NCBI RefSeq assembly: GCF_000143415.4
Contig: NW_003314266.1
Span: forward strand, 2,757,745 to 2,821,744
Direction: 5' to 3'
Length of the DNA stretch: 64,000 nucleotides
Origin: Selaginella moellendorffii
Lineage: Eukaryota; Plantae; Lycopodiophyta
Shown: in pieces, positions 12,201 through 34,617 of the stretch
Position numbering within the stretch: the stretch's first letter is position 1
How the letters are laid out: every line of letters begins with the position of its first letter
The notes under the pieces: model-generated
Seen by the model: only the letters and a program-made list of their open reading frames with translations
Told to the model about the DNA's origin: nothing
Database searches by the model: none
Made by a program: the position numbers and the translations under genes

Positions 12201-12869
12201 CTAATAACAACAACATGATCACAAAAAAACCGAAGACAAGGGAGAGACCATACCTCAGCTTGTGGAGATTGATCCTCAGCTCACCCGTTAACTCGATCCA
12301 GCGTTGGCAGCCGTCGGATTAAGTCAGGTTCTCTGCGAGCTGACAACTGCCAAGTCGTGGAGAACCAGGCTACCAGCTGCCAGGTTGTGGAGAACCAGCT
12401 GCCAGTTCTGGAGAACCCTTTCATCCTCAAATAACTTTATTCCATGTGTCCGTCAACGGTCTCGCCACAGTCCGTTAAGGCCGTTCCTCGGGCACGGGCT
12501 CGCTCGAATGCGCTCGCCGTACACGGGAACTCCATCACGATCGTGGTGCCAGGTGCCCAGCACGTACTGTTCCACGTGATAAAAACATTCTCGGCTATTA
12601 TTCCCCACTATTAATGATTCTGTCAGCACCAATGCTGACGCATGTTTGTTTACCTTAAACAATATTATTCTATTTATTGTGGATCGAGAGAATTCCATTT
12701 AAAACCATTACTGAGCTCAATCGGGGAGAGTGTCAGATCGAAGATCTGAATGGAGTTCTGCATGTAGAAAAAGTTATACACTGCAACAATTTTTTTTCTT
12801 AGGGAATGTGACTGACGCAAACTTTTACACTGGGTGTATCGCTCCGTGGGTTCCACTTGAAATACATTT

Positions 12870-13070
12870 AACACTGCAAAGAGTGACAAAAGTTTTACCC
12901 ATTTTGTACTCGTCAAGCATTTGCCCAGTGATGAGTCCTCATAGCCCACGCCAAAGCTATAAACGTCACTTGCAGCATGGTGAGCTGCTGGCATAAGAAG
13001 TACTTTGGATCAAGATACTTGTAGATGTTTCCAGAGATAGAACTCGAACTCCCCAGCCGGGCTCAGCTTA
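12870..13070 (-). pseudogene. Degraded copy of the kinase exon/intron of the neighbouring LRR-RLK
   Basis: YLDPKYF...[10 protein letters not shown] and the flanking intron match ~14445-14670 in the same orientation. Confidence 0.75.
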
Positions 13071-14066
13071 GCTTTATGTCATCTTGTAAGTGTTTCATTC
13101 TCGCCTTGGACCAGCTTCATCTAAGCCTCCAAACGAGTGAGAAACCTGTCTTCCTTGTTTTGTTTCCCTGCAAGCATTTTTCTCCTCGGATTTTGGCACT
13201 GTCTTCATAATGGACTCTAGCCATGGAGAAACCAAGAAGAATAAACCTGACTTGTGATAGACACGAAAAACTGGGCACTTCCTTCTCGACGCGGGATCAT
13301 GAGAAAATGGTGTTCGATCCACGTTCACCGCAATCTCATCTGTCCTAGTGCCATGCAAAGAAGTCAAAGTCTTGACTGGGTAATTGCAATACAATATACA
13401 TGACAGGCTTGTGATAGACAAGTTTCCATTTCATTATCAAGCAAAATAGTAATAAATGCACGGATGCCAGATCCACGTAATTTATGAGACATGGTAACTG
13501 GAAGAACACAGCCCAGGCCACAGAAGGCAATGGAGAAAGTACCACGTTGTTGTTGAGAAATACTTCATTGAGAAACATGGTTCGGTGAAGGTGGAGAGAC
13601 TTGCCCAGTGGTTCTGTTATGGCCATGACTGGTGATTTAGCTTTAGGTGAGTATTTTCTTTTGAATTTTTCTAAGCTCAAGCAAGTTTATCTGTGTAGAG
13701 ATTGATACTGGCGGAAATGTGTTCCAAAGAGCAAAACGAAGAACAAAAATTTTCAGGGTTCTTTGAAACCAACTTTATATTGTCAAACAGGCTTTCCCAG
13801 GAGGATGATGCCCACACTGGTTTGGTCACTTGCTTGGTCACGACCGTTGGTTCGTACCTCTGCGGGGTACAGTTTCCTGACTGTGTTTATGATGAGAAGG
13901 TTGACAATGGCCAAGTTTGAAATTGGTTTTCCAGCATCTAGAACCCAGAAAGTGGTGAAAGCGGGACAGGAGCACTTGCAAAGAAGATCCAAATGGAGCA
14001 TGGCATGCTGTGGTGTACAAAGATTCGTCCATGTATATATGAAAAGGAATGAAAGATGAGGAAATG

Positions 14067-17392
<3,326 letters not shown>

Positions 17393-17540
17393 ATTCAAGG
17401 CGCTTAGAGAGCTATGGACCGAGACCCGAAAGGGCTTTCCAATTCGAAAATCGGGTAAAACAAAAATGCTTGACCAAGCAAGTCAAACTTATACTATTAT
17501 CTCTTACTCACGTGTTTACACGAAGCCGCCGGAGAAAAAG

Positions 17541-19012
17541 ACCTAGGATCACTACCAAACTTCTCCTTTGCCTCGGCGGGCCCGTAATCAACGTGGAAAA
17601 TTTGTGGCCACTGCAACAATCATGAGCCTCCAACACAGAGGTGAAAAGACAAGAAACTCTTACCTGTGGCCATGGATTCCCCAGTGCACGAGTTGCAGGA
17701 GGCTGAGGAAGTAGCTCCAGATTTACAACGCTGGTGGACCACAGTACCGATGCAATCTGTGCCTGTATCGCCTCCTCCTATCACCACCACTTTCTTGTCC
17801 TTGGCGGATATGTAGTTGTTGTCCTTGAGCCAAATCCAGCAAACTCTTGGTATTCGTGTGAAGGAACTCCATGGCAAAACGTATGCCATCATATTCTCGG
17901 CCTTCTACTTTAAGGTCCCTGAAGAAAAACAAATAAAAAGATGGTTAGATCTAGAAACAAGTGGAGAAAAGCAAGAGTTGCAAGTAGTAAGCTATCATAG
18001 TCGGACATTAACCTCTCCACCGAGAATAACTTGTCAACTCCGACATTCGCATTAACGATGAACTCGATCCCTGCGGCAGCCATCAGGTTCACTCGCCGGT
18101 GAACGACCTCCACTTTGTTGGTCTTCATGTTTGGCACACCGTACATCATGAGGCCTCCAATTCTATCCACTCTCTCAAACACTGTCACAGAGTGGCCGGC
18201 CTTACTGAGCTGATCAGCGGCTGCTAGGCCTGCCATACCGCTACCTACAATCACCACTCTCTTCCTGCAAAGAGACAACGACGTGAGAAACCAGCGACGT
18301 GAGTAAACCTTGTCTCTACATACCCGGTCCGATAAGCTGGTGGACAATCCAGCCTTCCTCAAAAGCTTTGTCGATGATGGTACACTCTATCGTCTTAATG
18401 GACATCGGGTTCTCTATAATTCCCAGAACACAGGCACCCTCGCAAGGAGCAAGGCACACACGTCTTATGAACTCTGGAAAGTTGTTGGTTTCCAGGAGCC
18501 TATCCAAGGCTTCCCGCTAACGACCTTGGTGAACAAGCTCGTTCCATTCCGGAATCTTGTTTCCAATGTCATCCCGCAGGTACACAGAGATGAATAAATA
18601 ACATAGCTGAACTGGACATACCTGGTTGCAGTTCTAATGGAGTGCCGCGCGGACTGGGTTTTAAGGAGGTCATCGCAAGGACCTCGTTCCAATGGGCCGG
18701 GTGATATGGAAGTGTTTCTCGTTCATACGAGATAAATCCCGATGTTTCACTGCGTCCGGAATTCTTGTTGGCCGCGCTTGGGCTTGAGTCTGACCACAAA
18801 GCGAACGTCAGAGTTGCAGGCCAGACAATCATTCAATTCTACCGCGACTACTGCAGCCGCTCCTCCGTTGGTAGCTGCTTCAGCCATTTTCTTCATTTCC
18901 TGGAAAGCATCCACAGCGGCCAGTCGCGCTTCCTCCTCCTCTGCCGCTCTTTTCTTGTCCTTCTCCTCGTTGAGAGCTCTTTTGTAGTCGAGAGGGAAAA
19001 CTTTCACGAATT
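17541..19012 (-). pseudogene. Partial direct duplicate of the NADH-GOGAT 3' region
   Basis: Exons and introns match ~25775-27345 ([47 protein letters not shown]), with deletions and frameshifts. Confidence 0.92.
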
Positions 19013-20005
19013 CGTAATTGGCCTGCAGGTGCATATGTTTGTTATGGAAAATGGTTGGATAACATATAGAAAGATTGAAATACCTCCCAGTTAAGCTGGT
19101 TATTTTCCGCGCATGCGAGGGACTCCATCGCCACTCCATTCAATCCTTTCTTCGCAGAGAGCAGCCACAGCTTTCACATACAGTGCGTGCTCCTGTCGGC
19201 AGCAAATCCCATTCAAAAACCAATCGAAACTAAAGAACAATCAAACCACGTACTTGTTCCAACACTCTGGCTGCCAAGTCTTGCGGCGTGTCCGTCTCTA
19301 GAACAGGAACTTCTCGCTGCGCAAGGATGCTCCCATTCTCATCCACGACATGGATCGTTGCGCTTGAGACACTGTTACAAAGTTGTTGCAAGCATGAAAG
19401 ATAGAAGTTACCGAGCGCCGGCAGCCTCGTGGACTTGATTCCGTAGAAACCTTTGCCTCCAAATGCCGGGAGGAGCGCGGGGTGAATGTTGAGGATGCAG
19501 CACGAAATCCACTCCTTGATGCCTGCGAAAGATCGATCACAGATAAAGATAAATCTTCTAGCGCTTTTAGAAAAAAAGCATGAAACCAACCTCAGAATTT
19601 CCACGAGCTTGTTTGGAGAGACTCCATCTGGAGCGAACTTTGTTCTCGGATAATCGCCAGGGAAATCCCGTGCTCTCGAGCGTCCTCGCAAGCCATGCAT
19701 TCTAAAATCCAAGACAAAAGAATGGGAAGAACTAAACTCTAGCTGGCTGGAATGCTATGGATTCTAGCCTTGGAGAAAAACCAAGAAGAACTAACCTCGA
19801 GAATCGATCGTCGCTCTGTGGATGCTCCGAAAGTTTGATCCGCCGCCGGATACCAGGCTTCCTCCTCATCGCGGGATCGCCTTGCGCTTCTCTGAGGCAG
19901 CAGCAATGGGAATCCCAGCTCCGTGGTTGAGGAAAGAAATGCCGCTGCGCGATTGGAACTGGAGCACATAATGCAAAAGATCGGGGAGGCTGCTTGGATC
20001 GCTTA
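19013..20005 (-). pseudogene. Inverted, deletion-riddled copy of the PurN gene
   Basis: The reverse complement matches ~9760-10935 including introns (ILNIHPALLPAFGGKGFYGIK, VPVLETDTPQDLAARVLEQ). Confidence 0.92.
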
Positions 20006-20010
20006 GGATT

Positions 20011-20042
20011 TGAAGGTCGCGTGTTCGATCCACGCTCACCGC
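20011..20042 (+). pseudogene. 3' half of tRNA-Phe (fragment)
   Basis: TGAAGGTCGCGTGTTCGATCCACGCTCACCGC is identical to the 3' half of the tRNA at 9595-9667 and has the same orientation relative to the PurN copy. Confidence 0.9.
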
Positions 20043-20069
20043 TTAAGCTTTGTGAAAAACAATGGTGAC

Positions 20070-21760
20070 TTAAATCAAACCTCGGGCGGCGTTATTGGAT
20101 AACAAGGAAGGGTCTCAAGAAATTGCGCAAGGCAGGTAGCGAGTATGACAAACTCAGCAGGTTTTCCAAGGAGAAGAGGCTGGTGGGATCCAGACTTGGC
20201 CATTTGCTGGGTTTGCTCTACATCCACCAGCACTGGGATCTCTTCCAAGATTTCATCTCCGAAGAGGTTTTCCAGACTTCCATGCAGCCCTCAACTCGCT
20301 CGACGTTTCCTGGACTCAGGTAACAGGTTTGGGGTGGTTTTATGGTGGGAGCTGAACTGACTCATGTTTCTGTAGAAGATGCGACTCAAAGGATGGCTGT
20401 CAGCGATGCTTTGCTGTTTGACCGCTTTGCTCAGCGCAAAACGGTGAGTGTTTCCTTCCTCCTTTTGTTTCTGTTTTATGTCTCTTACCAGTTCATGTAG
20501 ATGGATCTTTCAAGTGAAAAGTTTGGTGAACGAGCTCAACCCGTTTATGAGGCCCTCTCATATGATATAGCAGTCATCACCAAGCTACGGCAAACTCAGC
20601 AACAGCTGGAGCTGCTGCTCTGCAGCATCAAGTGGGAACCGTTTATCGAGGACTTGCTTGTGCCTTGCCTTCTTCCAGACGTTCTGACACACCGGGAGAA
20701 AGTGGAAGACGCGGTCGCGCATGCTCGGCTCATGTTGATAGAAGCAGACGCGAATATTTTCTATGGCTGCTCCTTCAACTGTAAGTATGCCGCGCTTTGG
20801 TTTATCATTATCTTCTGTGTATGCTGAACTCAAACCAGCAGCAAAGGCTCGGGACTGAGAAACAAAAGCTCCATGACAGCAGCCAGCTACTCTGGTATAG
20901 CTACTCAGCTACCCAGTTTCCTGCTTGTCATCTTCGTCTTGCTTTCCTTGCGTACAGGCACATGCTTCGCAATCCTTCTCCCATAGACAAGTTGTTCAGG
21001 TGCTTTTACCTTGAGGCAGTGCTACATTCAACGACGTATGTCTCCCGTTTTCCTTTCTTATCTTTGTGAATTCGCTTAAATATTTGTGTCCAGGGCCGGG
21101 GGGGTCAAAGTGCTGACCCCGGAAGACTATCCGGACACAGTCCCTCCTGAGTTTCAAGAGGACATTTCTGAAAAAGATCTGCGCGTGTTTCGCATCATTC
21201 CTCATGAAACTTCGTTCGGGTATGTATACTATGCAAGTGCATTTGAATCTCTCATCTCCTTGATCTGGTGATCTTGCGCTTTCTGTCTCAGCTCAAAGTC
21301 GAACGTGGTTTTTGCAAGACTGTGCGACTTTGACCTCAAGAGCATCCTGTTGGGGGAGCCCGTGGCCAGGGAAAGGGTGTGCCAAGCTCATATACTTATC
21401 GACAAGGTCTGGCCAACTCCAAAGGAGCTGTACGAGTGTCGCTAGAAAAGCCAACAAAACTGTGACAAAAAAAATTGCACCTGTCAGCGAGAATACCTGG
21501 TCGAGCTGGGACTGAGGCTGCACATTTGGAGGTCCGCTAGAGGCATCAATCACCCATTCCTAGCTGACCTGCAAAATCCATGGGAAAAGCATGATCTCGA
21601 TCTCTACGTGGAGTTTGCAGCAAAGACTTGGTCCAGCTTCTTTCTCTTATTTCTCCTTTCCATGACAGCAGTGGGTGGAGAGCAACATCACAATGTTGGA
21701 ACTTGAAAGATGCCGTTAGAGCTCATCCTCGCAGTCTATTTGGCGATCAAGAAGCCAGGT
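20070..21760 (+). pseudogene. 5'-truncated multi-exon gene of unknown family
   Basis: Coding-like blocks are separated by short GT-AG introns (e.g. 20501-~20782 DLSSEKFGERAQPVYE..., ~21094-21219 GGVKVLTPEDYPD...). There is no start codon after the tRNA junction, and stops occur downstream. Confidence 0.45.
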
Positions 21761-21775
21761 TTGTGTGTGCACTAT

Positions 21776-21808
21776 CCCCTCCCCCCTCTCTCTCTCTCTC
21801 TCTCTCTC
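21776..21808. repeat. C-run/(CT)n microsatellite
   Basis: cccctcccccctctctctctctctctctctctc. Confidence 0.9.
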
Positions 21809-22015
21809 GTGTCTCGTGTGATGATTTAATCGGGAGTGCCTACCACACCTTACAGCCTTTATTAAGTTACATATAGCTTTCAAAGATATATAGAATGCAC
21901 AACATCTGCAAACTTGAAGATGTTCCTAGACAAAAATTATTGATACTTGTAGAACTAACGCAATTGACAGTTGTGGTGGTTGCTGACGATTGTTTGAGCT
22001 AAGCACACAGGCATC

Positions 22016-24076
22016 TTACGATTTGAAATACTGCGCACAAGCGGGGCACATGAACGGTACCTGAGTGACACAGTTGACTTCGTTTCTACGTTCTTCCCCT
22101 GCTTCTTCGACTAGATCTGCCCCCTGTTCTGGATCCACCTCCGGTGCTGGATTGTAGTGGACACAAGGCTGGTGGTACCACAGGTCACAAACGTCACACT
22201 GCACCCAGGGAGCATCGCCTCTATCTTCCCAACAGTCGGAGCAGCTTTGCAAATCCTGTGACAGACGAGAGTTCCATTAAAGAGGAAAAGGAACAAGAAA
22301 ACAAAAGACAGCATACCGTTCTGGCTGTGTTTTTCCTGAGCTCGTCCAGCCTCGCATCAATGCTCGAAAGCTGTACACTGAAGAAGCTGAAAGGCATCAC
22401 GACGACATAATACTCGAGGCCAGGATGGACTCTAGATGTTGCTCGGTACGAGACCCACCTGTCCGTGTAAATCACCCACACAAGCACCTTGATCCGCTTG
22501 TCGCCAACAAACAGTTCCTCAGCCTTCTTCGCCGTCTTCTTGTGATGAGTGATGGCGTTCTTGGCGACAGAAAAATGGAGAGCCACGATGAAGTTTTCGT
22601 CTTCCAAATAGATGTCAATGCCAGCGTGGTTAAAGTCGTATGGGACATGCGCTGTTCCTTCAACGGAGAGCAGCTTTCCGGACATTGGTCCATGGAAGTT
22701 GAGGACGTGCTTCACTGTTATGTGTGCCCTTTTGCCTTGTGCGTAATAAAAGCCTTGAGTCATAAACTTTGTGCTGAGGATTCCTGCCATCTCGGCATTC
22801 CAGCCGATGCGAGCCATGTTGTCGTCCTTAGCAACGGCTTGTACCCAGAAGGTGACCTGCTTCCGCTGCTCATCGAGGTCATCCTCGCGCATGAGTCCAG
22901 CTAAGGTGCTAAGCGCATAGGAATGAAAATGAGGGGTGAGAGCCTCGAGCGTTCCATCTTTGCCCACGTAGAAGCACTTGGGCTCTAGCAGCAGAGGAAG
23001 CCTTGGAACTGTTTCTGTGCCCGTCAACTCTTTCTGGAGCTGCTCTCGAACGTTCCCTCCCAGGTGGCGCTGGATGAACGTATGTATATCTGCCTCAAAT
23101 GATATGATGCACTGGTGGAACACTTCCATGTCTGTGTCGAATTGATCCAGCAGCCTTGGAACTCGACCTGTTTTAGACAGATCGACGCGCTGGAACTGAA
23201 AGAGGTTGAGATAGGATGCCAGTTCTTCGTCCTACAAAGCACACACATCTCAGAATGTGAAGAACAAGACGCCTAAGAACTTACATTCAGTCCTCCAACA
23301 ACCAGCTTGTACTGCGGGGCCTTGGGATGACGAAGGACTTGCGTCCATACACTTGAAATTGAAACACAAAAGACGACGACGCAATATTCGAGAAGCCTGC
23401 AGAGAGATTGTAGCCCCGGACTATCTCTCGCCAACCTGTTGCCGTCATCAACGACAATGGTCAGGTCCACATTTATCATCCTCTTCAAGAAGTTTTCCAC
23501 GTCGAAGATCGATACTTGGCCCGCCTCTATCGCTTCGAGCTCCTGCAAGGCAGCGTTGTCGTCCACAAAAGCCTGAAACAGCCCATCCCAGAGCGTATTC
23601 TCCGGGAAAAAAGCCATTTTAACTCCATCGACCAGCATAATCCGACGCGGCCGAGACGAGGAGCCGATCCTGTCGCGCGCGAACTTGCCATAGAGGTAGA
23701 GCACAGACGCTGCGACGCTGCAACTCTTGCCAGCGCCCGGGGTGCCCGTTATGTACCTGAAACCGTAAATACCGTAAGGACGAAGCTGCTTGCGACCGCG
23801 CTTTCCTGGAGCCGAGACTATTATCGATTCTGGGAGTTTGACCTCGGGGCGCTCCTCCTCTATGAAATCGATGAGCTCCTTGGTGAGAGGCCTGCCCATG
23901 TAATCAAACGTCGTCCGGTGCGAGAAATGGTAGACTTCCATAACCTTGGTCGGATCCTGAAGATCGGCTTCAGTGAGCTGGGCGGAGAAAGCCATGAGCA
24001 GCCCATGGATCCTCTCCGCATCCTCACGACGGACATCCACAACCCTCTGGCGCTTGACACCGCCGCCGTCTTCCAT
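22016..24076 (-). CDS. Crinkler/RHS-type P-loop NTPase + restriction-endonuclease-like domain + C-terminal PHD finger (~648 aa)
   Basis: Exons 24076-23285, 23231-22317 and 22255-22016 join through two phase-0 GT-AG introns with no stops. Motifs: Walker A GTPGAGKS, Walker B LTIVVDD, TGRVPRLL, REase-like GWNAE...PYDFNHAGIDIYLE..FIVALHFSV, and PHD CSDC..WVQCDVCDLWYHQPC..FMCPAC. Confidence 0.8.
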
Positions 24077-24080
24077 CCAA

Positions 24081-24089
24081 AAACCCTAA
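24081..24089. promoter_or_regulatory. Telo-box immediately upstream of the NTPase-REase-PHD start
   Basis: AAACCCTAA lies 5 nt from the ATG at 24076. Confidence 0.4.
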
Positions 24090-25272
24090 TGGTTGCAAAA
24101 CAATGTACTAAAGGAATATATGTGAATTTTGGCAAGTTCAACTGTTAGACTTAGAGGTGAGCACCCTCTGGACTAGAGCTTTTGCTATGAAATTAAAAAG
24201 ATATCTTAAGAATGGAGGTAATAATCTTATATTACTTTAAACTTATTCGAATCTAAGTTGGCAGTACTATACAAGTGTTCTTAATATATATTATTCACTG
24301 TTATAATTTTCTCCCCATCTGAGTTGGCCATGGTGTGTGAGCTATGGTCCTCACCACTATCTCTAGGAAGCTACCTCTCAATGTTTGTGACCCAGATTAT
24401 TTACCTTGAGAGCTATTGAGAATGCTGAAGCTGTGCTTATAGTTTGGAAATATAAACTATGGGTGCAACACAATCATTTTATGTCAAATCCAACATAGCA
24501 CTGCCACGATTGAGTTGCTTTGTCTAGGACAAACAAACTCACTCTTATTGGCCACTTCACTACTGGATATTCTGCGACATGGCTTATTATCGCCAGGTTA
24601 TTGTTTTGCATCTTCATTTCTCTTTCTTGTTTTTTCTTCTTTCAGTCTCTGGGAGGCATATGAATTCCCTTTCTCTTTAGGTGATCTACAAAATGATATA
24701 GGATTGTAATAGTTATCTTTGCCACCACTTAGGATTTACATTCCCTCCTCCTTTTATGTCCATTGCAATCCTAGACCTTTAGTCATAAGTTCCACTTGTT
24801 TCCTCTTGAAAGGAATCTCCATTCCTTAACCAGAATGCCAGTAGGTATGGATCTCTATGTTGCTTTGTTTATCCTAAATGATCATCCACCAGAGCTGCTG
24901 GCAACGATCAAATGGAAAGTTCCAAGTGATAATGCTGGCCTGGCTGCGTGAACGATCAAAGATCGTAGATCAGGTTTCGCCACTCTCCCTATGTCCTCAC
25001 CGTCTTTGCCCGATTTCTCCCAAACCAAAAGAAGCAAGTCTTTCCTTGTGGGATTTGATTGATAAGTTGGAGGAAAGCGAAGTTGCTGCTGGTGCTATTG
25101 TTCTTCATTTGAATCGTCTGTGTTGATAAGGCGCCATCAAATGCCAGCTAATATCCGGTTTAGAACTAATCTGAAAATACACTAAATATAATTTTTGATT
25201 AGAACCACTCCTTTAATTAGGATAAAAACCAACCCAACAAAATTTACAACAGGCAAAATTTGGCTGTCCATT

Positions 25273-33364
<8,092 letters not shown>

Positions 33365-34617
33365 AGCTGCTCTCGATCTCTACGCTCGCACCAAGAAGCC
33401 TCGAATCAAGCCCTCGCGCGAGTGAAATGCGGGCGGCAGCGATCAGGCACACAATTCCTCGAAATCTTGAATCGGACTCGCTCGCTGGGGGGATCCTCTC
33501 TCGACAATCACAGAGATCTCTCGGGGGACGCACCGCCAAAGATCGATCGCTCACTGCCTAGACGCGAAACCCTAGCGCCTGATCGAAGACTAGGAAGCAC
33601 CACAGCATGGGGAAATATAAATAGCAAAAATATTATTTGTTTTTAAATCTAACATGGTGGGACGTGGCAAGGGCCGGTAGGACGGGTAGCTCCGTCAATG
33701 GATTAAACGGCTGGGATTGATCCCACACAGTGCATCGTAAAAGGATAAGCTCGATCAAAAAATTAAAGTTTGCGAGATTCGACAAATCTGTCCTATCAAG
33801 GTGTAAGTTACTCTTGGCCTCTCAACTTCGCCAATAGACAGGCAACGCTTAAGGGCGGCCAGAGACAAAGGGTGCCTGTGTAGCCAAAAAATCGAGGGCT
33901 TATCGCCTGGAGTTCTTCCAACTTAACCATCCATCTTCATAGGCTCGCTTGGAAAATCTCCAGATTTTAAGCTCCTGACTTGTCTCGCGGAAAAGAATGT
34001 CTCCTGTTTCAAAGTTCCACCCGGCATCAAATCTCTTACGGACAGAAAAGAAAAAAAGAAAAAATAGAAAACTAGAAATCAAAAGCTTACAACATACCAG
34101 CAAACTGGAGGTGGAGGAGAGATCGCTTTCGCTTAGTTTTTCTTGCGGAATCTTATAAATGTTGGCGTCTAGTCGCCCCTTAGCAGCAGCCTAGCAACAT
34201 CCATCAGGCATTAAAGATAGAGAATAAGAACAACCGAAATAAAAAAGAAAGAAACAATACGAGAAGGAAACGTGCCCGCCAAGAAAACAATGCTTTGAAC
34301 ACGACACACGATTCCCGGTTAGATCTTAATACAAAGAAGAAACAAGCAAACCTCTCGAGCTTCGCAATCTTTCATTATTTTACTCCCAAGAGCCAGTGGT
34401 CCTGATGCCATCGCTGGGAAGCGCAAAACCGACCAAAAAAAATACGGAGGGTAGTGTTCCTCGCGTCACAGTTGACCCCACACAAATAAATTCCCAGAGA
34501 TATATAACTCGTCCATGTGAAAAATTGCGTGAAAAGCCTGCAGATACGAGCGATCAGAACGACGGCGACCTCGTCAACTTTTGTCCTAGAGCGAACCTTG
34601 TCGCGACAGGTTTGCAG

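Noticed and set aside
24100-25200. Possible element terminus or gene upstream of the NTPase gene
   Set aside because: No TIR, TSD or recognisable protein motif could be found by eye.
33900-34600. Splice-like signals between DAP3 and GOGAT
   Set aside because: No coherent ORF; these may be UTR introns and cannot be supported from sequence alone.
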